A DNA stretch of 64,000 nt from Chrysomallon squamiferum (Eukaryota > Animalia > Mollusca), in NCBI GenBank assembly GCA_012295275.1, contig CM022672.1:7564001-7628000 (forward strand), written 5' to 3'. The position numbers were made by a program, and so were the translations under genes. Of this stretch, positions 41,555 to 53,810 are shown in pieces. Below the pieces are notes generated by a model. That model saw only the letters and a program-made list of their open reading frames with translations, was not told the DNA's origin and searched no databases. Position 1 is the stretch's first letter, and each line of letters begins with the position of its first letter.

Positions 41555-41810
41555 CTGTTGAGAGTACATAAAACTATACCATGTCACGAGATACACTGCT
41601 ATGAAGTATTTTGTTGTGAATTCATAAAACCATACCAAACTGTGAGGTACATTGCTATGTTGTGTTATGTTGAGAGTACACTAAACTGTACAGTACCATT
41701 AGATACCCTGATGTGAAGTGTTATACTATACCAAATCATGAAATACACTGGTATGAAATGTTATGTTGAGAGTACACTAAACTGTACCATGCCACAAGAT
41801 ACACTGCTAC
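41555..41810. repeat. Degenerate minisatellite, ~45-50-bp unit
   Basis: Recurring gttgagagtaca(c)taaact.tacca...agatacactg(c)tatgaa. Confidence 0.65.
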
Positions 41811-43054
41811 TTTGACTTATGAAGTGTGAATTTGGGAACAAGTGCCTTAACATCATCTATAAATTTTAATTCATGAGTGCTAATATTTTATTATTAGTTT
41901 GGATACTGGCTTTCTGAATTTCTTCTTTAAAATGTGGTACTACAAAACTGGCATTCATGCACACTGGCACACATGCAGATGCATGCACATATGCACAAAC
42001 ACACACAAATTTTCATCTGGTGATTAATATACATAATGTTTTATGAAACCAATTTATTTATACAACGACAGAATAAAAGATGTTATAACAAAAAAACAAA
42101 ATACAATTGTACTGAAGTTCTTATTTAATACAATAAATATTTCACTTATCAACAACAAAAAAAAAGTAATTAATAAAAAATCAAATTATGATAAAACACA
42201 AACATATTTACATCTCAAAACACTTTTAAAGGACATGTTATCTCAGCATATAAAAAGGAATTGACTGTATCTACATTTATGCTAAAAATCTCAGAATAAA
42301 TTCTGAATAACATTACATATTTTCATTTACCTTCAATAAAGAACAGACAATTGTGAAGTAGTTACAAATGGATAGATACTTGATAGACAATTTGAAATTT
42401 TGTTATCTTAGCAATGGTGCACAAAAAGGTAATACATAAAAAAAAATACAAATAAATAAGAATAAAAATATTTTTAAAAATCTCTAGATATAAAAAAAAA
42501 AATTAACAAATGTAATATTAAAAATCTATAAAAAAATAATTTAAAAAATGTACAAAAATTTCTGAATGAATCACGTATGGGCTATATAAGCTTCCCGGCA
42601 ATTAATTACCAAATGAAAGAAAATGTTTATTTTGTTATTCATACATGTATACAGATTAATGTGTTATATTATGTGACTGATGTTCCTGTTTGACAATTAT
42701 CTTCTGTAATTGTCTAAGATCTACATTTCAGCTTATTTTGTTTTGATTATTTAATAATAAAGCTGAATTTTCCATTTTCATGTTTTTTACAGCATAAGCT
42801 CCATTCACCAAGTAACTGCAAAGCAGTACAAGTGAACACATTTTAAAAAATAACAAACTTGTGAACATTTTCACAAACATTACCGAATTATCTTTGAAAA
42901 TTACTGCACTGATAATTTTGTATAAAAATAAACAAAGATACAAAAAAAAATTCACAAAAGTTAATGGCTACTTATGATTTTATCTTGTTGAACAGCCCTA
43001 GATGTTACTGAATTTTGTGGGTTTTTAAATGTTTTTATTTTAAAATTTTATTTC

Positions 43055-43289
43055 CAATTTGTCACTAAATCTGTTTGATTTTTATGTTATATTCAAACTG
43101 TCAGTGAATCTGTGCCATTTTTATCTCCAAACTGTCAATGGATTTTTGCGTTTTTTTCGTATCTCCAAACTGTCACCAAATTTTTTGTGATTTTTATCTT
43201 ATCTCCAAATTGTCACTGAGTCTTTGTGATTTTTATTTAATCTCTTTGTTGTTATGAAGTCTGTGACTCTCTGTGATGTGATTTTAATC
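43055..43289. repeat. Degenerate ~35-40-bp minisatellite immediately 3' of the exon B5 stop
   Basis: Recurring atctccaaactgtca.tga.t.t.tg.gattttta, about six copies. Confidence 0.65.
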
Positions 43290-43646
43290 TTATGTCCTAC
43301 TCATCATTGCCTCGTGATTTTTCTCATGTCTTTTCAGTGATTCATCAGTGCTGTACTTTTTCCCACAGAATCGACACGTAGGTGTGTTGATGTGAACCTT
43401 CAGATGCTTCATAAGTCTGTGTTTGTCTGAGAAGTGACACCTACACAGGTGACAGTGAAAGAAATCTCCTGTGTGTATTCGTTTGTGTCTTTTCATAGCA
43501 TGCTGGTAAATAGTCTGATAATTACACGAGTCACAGAAGTACATCCTCTTGCCAGACTGTGAAACCATTCTCCTTTTCATAATCCGCATTTCTCGTTCTT
43601 GTCTCCTCCTATAGTTCACCACTTGTAACACACCAACACTGTCATG
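43290..43646 (-). CDS. Gene B alternative terminal exon B5: basic stretch plus three C2H2 fingers
   Basis: Phase-0 acceptor attttttag|CAT. Fingers begin CDSC, CHLC and CRFC. Has its own stop. Confidence 0.8.
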   Translation of the reverse strand, partial: HDSVGVLQVVNYRRRQEREMRIMKRRMVSQSGKRMYFCDSCNYQTIYQHAMKRHKRIHTGDFFHCHLCRCHFSDKHRLMKHLKVHINTPTCRFCGKKYSTDESLKRHEKNHEAMMSRT

Positions 43647-44856
43647 CTAAAAAATAAAATTTGTTCTAAATAAATATACTGAATTTTTTTAATTTTAATT
43701 ATTATTTTTTTTTTTTAAAGTTTTGTAGGTTTTACCGAGTCTGTGGGTATATGAAGGGATTTGGGTGTAGTAGATCAAGATGTATCTTCTAATTTAGTTT
43801 TTTTTTTCTTCTTATTAAAAAAAACTTTTGTTGTGGCTAATTTTCAAGTTATGAATATAACATATTTTTTTCAAATCAGTTTTGTAAAAAAAAAAAAAAA
43901 AAAAAAAGGTTACAAAATGAAGAAGTGAATAACCATTTACATATATATTTATACATTAATTCACAGAACCACTTTAAATTTAATTTTAACACAACATTAT
44001 GCTCTGAGTTGACTAAGTTGTAGGAGAAACAAGTCACATTTTGTGTCCTAGATTACCACTGAGAAACAACTGTTTTTAATAATAATTGGTGTTATTAAAT
44101 GTTAGTCATGTCTACAAAGGAATGTTGAAAACACCTTTCTTTTTATGACCATTAACTGGGTGTTGTGAAAGAGACAAGACAAAGTGATCAAAACACCAGC
44201 AGTTTTTACAAAGCATGTTCTTTTGCTCTCTCTCTCTCTCTTTCTCTTGCAGTCATTCTTTTTCTATTTCTGTCTCTATTATCTCAAACAAACATACACA
44301 GAATTTTTTCAGAGGAAACCTACTATATTTTCCCTATATTTTTTATTTTATATAAAAAGATAATTTAATTAATAAAGTTATTTTATTATTTTCATTCACA
44401 GCCTGTTCTAACAAATTCGACAAACTCAAACTCAATAAAATCATCATTCACACTTCTAGACATATATATTTAGATTTTATGAACCAGTTTCAACAACGAG
44501 GATGATAACATTTTTTTATCTCACAGTACTTCAAACTGAGTCCATTTACTGGGCAAAAATATAAAACATTTAAAAAAAAAAAAAAAACTGAAGAAGAAAA
44601 AAAAGTGAAAGAAAAATTTGACATATCTCAGGTATTAATTTTCAATAAATATTTTATATTTATACAGATATCTTATAAAGTAATTGCATTAATGTCATTC
44701 AGTGAAATATTTAAGAATAACAAACAGCAGACTATCATTCAAATGAGTCCAGAACATCTGAAATGTCTGTTACCAATTCCATAACAGCTAGCTACAGAAA
44801 TCGTGCACTAGTTAAGTTAGGTTAACTGAACCTGTCAAACTAACAGCTCCGCTAGG

Positions 44857-45288
44857 CTATCTAAATCCCATTCTATGTTTGCTCATGTGAGAATTTAGTC
44901 CACTCATAGACTGACACTGTTTAAAACAGATCTTGCACTTCAGTTCCCCAACATGGCCTTTAAGGTGTCCCTGAAGCTCATAATTGTTGATAAAACTTCT
45001 ATGACAGAGGTGACAAGGAAACCGTTCTCCAGTATGCACACGTCTGTGTCGAATGAGATTGTATTTGAGCTTTGTTTGGTAACAACATTCACTACACTTC
45101 AAAATTTCACTGTCCTCAGCTTTCTTTTCACCTGTCCGCTGCTCTTGTCTGATCCAAGAGGGAACCGGTTTTGACCGAGATCCTCTATTTCCCAGCATCC
45201 CTGATTTAGAAACAGTCTGATTATATTTTCTGAAATCTGACACAAGATTCTGTAGCATGTCCATGGCATCGCCTCCCATCATGGAACT
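44857..45288 (-). CDS. Gene B alternative terminal exon B4: three C2H2 fingers
   Basis: Phase-0 acceptor ttgttttgtag|AGT. Fingers begin CSEC, CHLC and CKIC. Has its own stop. Confidence 0.8.
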   Translation of the reverse strand, partial: SSMMGGDAMDMLQNLVSDFRKYNQTVSKSGMLGNRGSRSKPVPSWIRQEQRTGEKKAEDSEILKCSECCYQTKLKYNLIRHRRVHTGERFPCHLCHRSFINNYELQGHLKGHVGELKCKICFKQCQSMSGLNSHMSKHRMGFR

Positions 45289-46256
45289 CTACAAAACAAA
45301 ATGTATTGCTGTTTAGACTTATGAAGCACTGTCTGGTTCCACCATTTCACTGGCCACTCAATTCAGATCACGTTCGACAAACCTGCTACATTAATCAGTG
45401 GTATGTAAACAAAGTTTCTGAATTGATTTCACTGTATGAGAACAAAAAATCAAATGAATTTTATTTTGGAATAATTATGTTTTATATTAAAAAAAAAAAA
45501 AAAAGAAAAAAAGATAAAATTAAAATTAAATTAAATTAAAAAAAAGAAAAGAAAAATTTAGATTTTCCCTGTAAATTATTTTGTCACACACAATTTGTAT
45601 TTTTTTTTTTTTTCTATTTAAATATTTTTATCTCTTGTCACTGAAATAAATTAAAATAAGTGTTAAAGTGTTTTACAAAACCACATTTCATGGCTTGTAT
45701 TTGCTTTGATATGAACCGATTTTTCTATACTACTGGTATGTTGCAACGTATTCTTTATGATATTCAGTTTAAAAAATTATCACAAAAAGAAAACCATTTT
45801 AAACCACAGACTTTTAAAACAAATTTAATACCAAAATTCAAACAATTAATTCAGTCAGAACAGCTGCAGTAGAACTATAATATAGACAACTTTTTTTTTT
45901 TTTAAACCTCTGAAAACTAACAGCTCTTTATTCAGAATATATATTCAGAAGTTCTGCCATCACATACAAAAATAAAATTCAAAAACAAAATATATATTTC
46001 TTTTTAAAACAATCTTTTAGCACAACTCAAATAAACCATGTGTATTCAACAAGCAGTTTTTAAATTAATTTAACATTCAGAACCAAAATATCACCAGAAT
46101 AAAATATACAGGAGATATATTGCTGCAGTCAACATTTAAAAACATTCTCTCTCTTCATTCTGATCATTTGTGCATATCACAATTTAGAAAAGTATTATGT
46201 ATAAACGATATGTTATTTTTTCCAGTTTAATTTTTCCTATAATGTTGTTTTAACTT

Positions 46257-46733
46257 TCAGCTCTTCAGAATGTGATTTTTGCAGTGATGCTTGACGTGAC
46301 AGTCTAGGCCATGTTTAGATGTAAACTGCTTAAAACAGAACTGACACTTCAGTTTTCCTTCATGTCCCTTCAGATGCAGTCTGAGATGATGTGAGTCACA
46401 GAAGTGACAGGGACACAAGTGACACTTGAAAAAGTCACCACTATGAATTCGCTGATGGCGTTTCAGATTCCCCAGCTGTTTGCTCTCATATGCACAATGA
46501 TCACATTTGTAAACTTTCTGAAAGAAATGTAGATCTCCATGATTCTCTGTTTCTTCAGACTGCCTCACAGAACTAGCAACATGACATCCAGAACTACTGA
46601 AAACATTTCTTTTATCACAAGCTTCGTTAGAGCCCAATGTTGATGAAAAGCTCCTGTCCGGAAAGTTGTGTTTTTGAAGAAGAGGACCTAATCCATTCTG
46701 TGCACTCTGATAGACCATGGCAACATTAGTTTG
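46257..46733 (-). CDS. Gene B alternative terminal exon B3: three C2H2 fingers
   Basis: Phase-0 acceptor tttttctag|CAA. Fingers begin CDHC, CHLC and CQFC. Has its own stop. Confidence 0.8.
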   Translation of the reverse strand, partial: QTNVAMVYQSAQNGLGPLLQKHNFPDRSFSSTLGSNEACDKRNVFSSSGCHVASSVRQSEETENHGDLHFFQKVYKCDHCAYESKQLGNLKRHQRIHSGDFFKCHLCPCHFCDSHHLRLHLKGHEGKLKCQFCFKQFTSKHGLDCHVKHHCKNHILKS

Positions 46734-48477
46734 CTAGAAAAATAAATGAACATTTCATTGTAGTCTTTCAAAACTCCAGCTGAAACCAAGTTTGAAGAAT
46801 AAAATGCATGCATTTTCTTTTCAATATGTAGATTCTTTTCTTCTTTGTTTTTCTTTTTTCTTCTTATAGAATATTACTCTTTATTTTTGAAAAAAAAAAA
46901 AAAAATTTTTTACAGAGGTGGGAAGTAAATTTTGTGCCTATAAATTTAATCATCTTTTGTAAGTCATGAACTCAGATCAGCTTTAAAATATTAAGTAATG
47001 TACAAAAAAAAAAAAAAAAAAAAAAGTGTAATTAATAAATAAAAATAAAATAATAAACTTCATTTCTGTCAATATCTTAGTATTTCATATGATAGTTAAA
47101 GCTGAGAATTACGACCTTCCAAAAATAAATAATGTTCAAAGAAACATCATCAGTGATCATTGTTAGTATTAGGACAAAACAAACAGCTTTGTAAAATAAC
47201 TTTATTTTCTGGTCAAATTATTTAATGTTATTTAATAATAATTTGTGTGGGAGTTTTAAGTTTTCAAGTGCATGTCAAATTTAAACTAACATATAGAATC
47301 ACAAAACTGGTGGTAATCACTTATGTATAATACATCTGTCTGTAAAACAGTGATTTATATACATAGTCTGATAACCTATTAATCCTAATAAAATATTAAA
47401 TATTATTATGAAAATATACAACCCACCCACCCCTCCAAAAAAAAAAAAAAAAAGAGAGAGAAAAAAAGTGTTTAGACACATATAGCATATGATGAATATT
47501 CAATACATTTTTATTCCAAGTATGTACATTTATATTCCATTAAAGTATTATCATTGGTGTCATGTATTTTGAATTTATGAACTTTTGAATTTATTAGTTT
47601 AAAAAAAAAAAAAAAAGAAAAATGTATTAATAATACTAATAATAAATAATCAAATAAAAATATTTTGCTTTGATCAGCTGTATTTTAACAAATCATCCAC
47701 TGTTCCATAACACTGAAATGAACACAAATCATTTTTGAAATTTTGATTCATGTAAAAAAAGTTTATGCACTGAGGTTTTTGCACACAACTAATGCATACT
47801 TATTTTCACATATACATCTATTAATCAAAAACAAAAGATATGATGAATTTTGCATTTTATCATAAATATCAAAGGAAATAAAAGGAAATAATAATAAAAC
47901 AAAAGACAAATTATCACTTCTGACCTTTTCAGTAACATAAAAACCCATCACCAATGAAACATTTTCCAAAACAATTAAACCATATATATCTGTCTTGACT
48001 GAAAGTAAGTTCTATTCTTTGTCAACCATGGGTAAGCAAAATACACACACTACTATATGATGCTACTAAATAAATAAATAATTAATAATAATAATAATAT
48101 TAACAGAGATAAATTAAACAGACATAAAAGAAAATAATGCATATTTAAAATATGATATTGCCAACAATTATAAAATTTCAATCATCTAAATTTTTATCAC
48201 ATATTTCAATTAGGCATTAAATTTGAAGTAATATTTATTTGAATATTTTATTTTAATATATTCTTTTATTATTTATTACTTTCTATGATATCGACAGATC
48301 ATTTAATATGTTTTGATTATTTATCTAAACAAGTTCACAGTAATTCTCACATAAATGTGCTGACTAGATCTTGTTTTAAAAGACCTAATTTACTGAAGAA
48401 TAAGGCACCAGACTTCAGAGTATGAAGTAAAACATATTTCTCCACTTTACAAATGAAATGTATAAAATTTTCATTTA

Positions 48478-48876
48478 TTAATCACTGGGAAAATCCTCAA
48501 AGTTCTCATTTGTTAAATTAATGTGACTTTTCAGATGATATTTCAATTGGTAGTTGTCTATGTAGGTTTTATCACAGTGTGGACATTTTAGCCTGTCACC
48601 GGTGTGAATTCGCATGTGTCTTGTCAAATTATAGTTCCTGCTGGCTTCATAACCACAAATGTAACATTTGAAGATTTTACATGCAGAGTAGTGGCCATCT
48701 CCTTTACTAAAGTAGTTAGCAGAGCTGAAAGCTGACTGACTGGCCTCAGACATTACACCTTCAATTCCTTTCTTTCGTAAGCCTAATTCCCTATCTGCAG
48801 TACACTTTGAAAACAACTTGGAGTGAGCAGGCAGTGGGTTACGTTCCACTGGAAGCAGACACTGGGTCTTCTGGCT
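48478..48876 (-). CDS. Gene B alternative terminal exon B2: two C2H2 fingers
   Basis: Phase-0 acceptor attttctag|AGC. Fingers CYICGYEASRNYNLTRHMRIH and CPHCDKTYIDNYQLKYHLKSH. Has its own stop. Confidence 0.8.
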   Translation of the reverse strand, partial: SQKTQCLLPVERNPLPAHSKLFSKCTADRELGLRKKGIEGVMSEASQSAFSSANYFSKGDGHYSACKIFKCYICGYEASRNYNLTRHMRIHTGDRLKCPHCDKTYIDNYQLKYHLKSHINLTNENFEDFPSD

Positions 48877-50032
48877 CTAGAAAATACAAAAGATGCTAGT
48901 GTTCAGGGATCTATAGTTACATGTTAAGTTAAAGGATTGAGAAAAAAAGGGAACTGTTGAGTTCACATTTTCTTTTCATTTTTTGTTTTGTTTTATGTTT
49001 CAGTCTATGTCATGTTAATGTTCATAAGGAAAAAGCCAGCCATTAGATAATTTAAGACAAATGGTGGAAGTCTTAAAGGGACAGTGCTTATTAAAACAAT
49101 GAACAACAAAAACAAAATAAAGTAATGAATGCATGATAAAGATTGCATCCTGAACATTCTAAAAATAAAAATAATTTAAAGTCTTTTGACATCTATGCTT
49201 GTATATATTGATATTTTCCATGTATCCACGAAGGTGACACAGACTTGATATGTGAAAAATAAATTAACAAATGTTATATGTTACAAATCAGAGATCCAAG
49301 CAGACTGTATAAAAGTTTGTACAATCAATTCACTGCACAGTATTCCAGCCACACCCTTCAGTAACTTCTCATTATGATCCATGTTAGTATCCATAAGAAT
49401 ATATTTTATTACATGCAGTAATTTAGTCCTTGTTAGCACCATAACAGCATGATTCAGTGAAAAGCACTGCCTCTGACCTGACTTTTCAAACTCAAATCAA
49501 TTCTCAGTGTTTTGTATTTATATTCTTAATCTTATATATAATACCATTTACTTATATATTTATCATTAACTCTACCCTCTTACATGTATCACAGACTGAA
49601 CTGAAATAATGCTGTTTACAAATATATATAAATGTTTTGAGAGCCCTATGAACCAAATGTTTAACACAAAGATTTTCAAGAGTTTAAAGTTACAGCATTT
49701 CATAACATATATTAAACTATTACTGCTCTTGATGGCAAGTATTCTGTATTTTTAGTTGAAAGACTTGTGCAAAAAATTATTCCAAACAATAATGGCTGTA
49801 TAATTTTTACCAATGCTTTTTATACAAAACTTTCCAATCTACTTTAACCCTAGTTAACATGTGTGGCTCACAGCACTTCTCACTGGCATCATACAGGTTG
49901 AGATTTCAGCCTGCAATACTAACAGCAGTTCCAAAGTGAAAATCATGCCATGCCATTAAGCATCCTGAATACATTGACAGAAGTTTAAAAATGTTTTCTT
50001 TTTTCTTTTTGAAATTGTCTTCTCTCCAGTAA

Positions 50033-50434
50033 TTAATTATTTACTGCAGTCCTGTCAGGAATACAAGTTTGTTGTGAACCTGTCTCTTGAGAAAAGTGCT
50101 CATTCACACACAATGGCAGTGAGACTCGGTTATGACTTTTCATGTGATATTTCAACTTGTAGTTGTCGATGAATGTTTTGTCACAGAAACAACACTTGAA
50201 TCTTTCACCTGTGTGTGTGCGCATGTGTCTGATGAGATTATAGTTTCGTTTTGCTTCATACCCACAAAGATCACACCTGTACACCTTCAAGGTGCAGCAC
50301 TGAAAGAGGGAAGCATTACAGAGGATGGAACTGGTCTGTCCTCGGAACATAGACAGTGGGTCAGGGCTTCGCTGTGAAAGCCAGTCAAAGTCAGAAGTGT
50401 GAGCTTTGTGTTTCACTGTCTTCATCTTCAGAGT
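50033..50434 (-). CDS. Gene B alternative terminal exon B1: two C2H2 fingers
   Basis: Phase-0 acceptor tttttctag|ACT. Fingers CDLCGYEAKRNYNLIRHMRTH and CCFCDKTFIDNYKLKYHMKSH. Has its own stop. Confidence 0.8.
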   Translation of the reverse strand, partial: TLKMKTVKHKAHTSDFDWLSQRSPDPLSMFRGQTSSILCNASLFQCCTLKVYRCDLCGYEAKRNYNLIRHMRTHTGERFKCCFCDKTFIDNYKLKYHMKSHNRVSLPLCVNEHFSQETGSQQTCIPDRTAVNN

Positions 50435-50872
50435 CTAGAAAAAAACAAAAGACTTGGGTTGTTTTATCCATAGCCAAGTATCCTCACTGTGGGTTAATTA
50501 GTTAACAACAGTTCTTTTTATCAGATAGACACTCCTCACTGACAGATTTATGCTGTAAACTGAAAACGCTTTGCTTTTTTTAATATTTTATTTTATATAT
50601 ATATATATATTACAAAACCAGTTAATAACTACTGAAAATATGGAAAACTGGATAACACTAGTTGACTAATATTACTACTACTTTAAATAAAACATGATGC
50701 AAATAGGTAAAATGAGAAAATAATTATTTAATCCAAATATCTTTTTGTTAAATTAAAAACGTGTCTGAGTAATTTTTCTTAATTACTGCAGAGGTTACAA
50801 CCTGTTCTAATAACTGACTTTGAAAGTTTGTCAACAGGAAAATATTAAAACAATTTTTAAGGCAAATTGGAT

Positions 50873-53810
50873 AGTTATGAAAATTTAAATATTTTCATTC
50901 GGTTTGTGTAAATAATTTGCATTTATAACACTGTCAGTGAATGTAATAAAACAGTATTACAGTTTTTTTAAAGATATGTAATGAATTCGCTATGTTAATG
51001 TGCATGTACATTTGCATACATGCTTATCAGTATAAATATTAATATTTTTAAAAGGTATGGTATGTACGTTTTAAAACATTTTCCCATACATTATATTTAT
51101 AATCTCTATATAATGACAAATTTATATTATAAAAATCTCTCATATAAATTTTTGTTTAAAAAAAAAAAAAGCATAATTATATACAAACTATATATCAAGT
51201 CATTAAACTAGAAAAGTGATGTTGATAAGAAACTCTTTACATTTACAGTAATTCTAAAAGAAAATCTTTTTTCGTAATATATTAAACAATTATTAAATCA
51301 TTTATTCAAAGATTACACTTTTTTTACATTGTCTGGAATTCTAAAATCAGCAATATTGTAATTATATATAAACCCATCTATACCTTTACAAAACCATTTA
51401 ATGTCTAAGGTTTTAATTATTAAATAGAATTCTGACAGTACTTAAGGAAATAAACAAAGATGTTATCATTGTGTTATTAATTTCCTCCAGCCTGCAGAAA
51501 GTGAACTGTTTATAAGACTCTACAGGAGAGATTTTCTAAAACAAAATGGTATTAAATTAAAGATATAATCATGATATACTCTTTACATACAAACATTTTA
51601 CAACTGAACAATTTCAATGGTTGAAGTGGTAAGAATGAAACATAGATACCAAAACCTCATACCAAAATAAAATTAGTTCATCCAACTTCAACATGTCCAC
51701 TGAGACTTCACACTATAACTGGATCTGTTATGATCTGTCATCTTTTCATGTTTATCATTTTTCATTTTTGATATTTTATGTTTTAAAAGAGATCATTTTT
51801 TCATTGCTCCTATGGTTTCAACTATGTTTTGGGGTGATTTGGGGCGTTTGGGATTTTTAAATTTTATTTTTATAATTTCAATTTCTTTGACTGCTTACTT
51901 AACAATAGACTCTTACATCATCATGGAGCTTTAGTCTTGCACTGGTACTTCTATCCTTCTTGCACAGTATTCAACCATTCACCAATGCCAAATGGTACAT
52001 GGATATATAGCTTTTTTTAACTCTTCAGTATTGTAAGATTTGATTCCTTATAAAGAAATATTCTTAAATGTTGTAGTGAATTCACTGAAAATATACATCT
52101 GTTGTTGTAGTCAGTGACTATCACCAGCTTCTCTGTCTTGGAAGATAACTTGTCCTGTCCATTACAGAAAAACACTTGCTTTAATTATGTTATTGCTCAG
52201 AATATTGCTGAATGCTGGATTTTTATTCAGAATTTTTTTGTTGTAACTTGTATTATGTAAATCACAATACAATCAAAACTTGCATTAAGAATATTTCTGC
52301 CAATGAATCAGATCAATTGTGTCCACACTGCAAGCAGAACCAGTTATGAAAATTTAAATATTTTCATTCAGTTTGTGTAAATAATTTGCATTTATAACAC
52401 TGTCAGTGAATGTAATAAAACAGTATTACAGTTTTTTTAAAGATATGTAATGAATTCGCTATGTTAATGTGCATGTACATTTGCATACATGCTTATCAGT
52501 ATAAATATTAATATTTTTAAAAGGTATGGTATGTACGTTTTAAAACATTTTCCCATACATTATATTTATAATCTCTATATAATGACAAATTTATATTATA
52601 AAAATCTCTCATATACATTTTTGTTTAAAAAAAAAAAAAGCATAATTATATACAAACTATATATCAAGTCATTAAACTAGAAAAGTGATGTTGATAAGAA
52701 ACTCTTTACATTTACAGTAATTCTAAAAGAAAATCTTTTTTCGTAATATATTAAACAATTATTAAATCATTTATTCAAAGATTACACTTTTTTTACATTG
52801 TCTGGAATTCTAAAATCAGCAATATTGTAATTATATATAAACCCATCTATACCTTTACAAAACCATTTAATGTCTAAGGTTTTAATTATTAAATAGAATT
52901 CTGACAGTACTTAAGGAAATAAACAAAGATGTTATCATTGTGTTATTAATTTCCTCCAGCCTGCAGAAAGTGAACTGTTTATAAGACTCTACAGGAGAGA
53001 TTTTCTAAAACAAAATGGTATTAAATTAAAGATATAATCATGATATACTCTTTACATACAAACATTTTACAACTGAACAATTTCAATGGTTGAAGTGGTA
53101 AGAATGAAACATAGATACCAAAACCTCATACCAAAATAAAATTAGTTCATCCAACTTCAACATGTCCACTGAGACTTCACACTATAACTGGATCTGTTAT
53201 GATCTGTCATCTTTTCATGTTTATCATTTTTCATTTTTGATATTTTATGTTTTAAAAGAGATCATTTTTTCATTGCTCCTATGGTTTCAACTATGTTTTG
53301 GGGTGATTTGGGGCGTTTGGGATTTTTAAATTTTATTTTTATAATTTCAATTTCTTTGACTGCTTACTTAACAATAGACTCTTACATCATCATGGAGCTT
53401 TAGTCTTGCACTGGTACTTCTATCCTTCTTGCACAGTATTCAACCATTCACCAATGCCAAATGGTACATGGATATATAGCTTTTTTTAACTCTTCAGTAT
53501 TGTAAGATTTGATTCCTTATAAAGAAATATTCTTAAATGTTGTAGTGAATTCACTGAAAATATACATCTGTTGTTGTAGTCAGTGACTATCACCAGCTTC
53601 TCTGTCTTGGAAGATAACTTGTCCTGTCCATTACAGAAAAACACTTGCTTTAATTATGTTATTGCTCAGAATATTGCTGAATGCTGGATTTTTATTCAGA
53701 ATTTTTTTGTTGTAACTTGTATTATGTAAATCACAATACAATCAAAACTTGCATTAAGAATATTTCTGCCAATGAATCAGATCAATTGTGTCCACACTGC
53801 AAGCAGAACC
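50873..53810. repeat. Near-identical direct tandem duplication, unit 1469 bp (50873-52341 and 52342-53810)
   Basis: The text is identical at a 1469-bp offset, as are ORFs 51020 and 52489 apart from one residue. I noticed only about two substitutions. Confidence 0.95.

Noticed and set aside
41555-43289. Spaced repeats as a CRISPR-like array
   Set aside because: The context is eukaryotic, the units are degenerate tandem minisatellites without unique spacers, and there are no cas genes.
38800-50030. AATAAA poly(A) signals after each cassette as proof of terminal exons
   Set aside because: They are present, but the hexamer is too frequent in such AT-rich DNA to be diagnostic.
39078-50434. Seven independent single-exon zinc-finger genes, or one long poly-finger protein
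   Set aside because: Each ORF opens at a phase-0 splice acceptor rather than a consistent start codon, and each has its own stop, so they can be neither chained nor easily expressed alone.
51020-52680. Duplicated 63-aa ORF as a gene pair
   Set aside because: It is an AT-rich chance ORF, repeated only because of the 1469-bp duplication.
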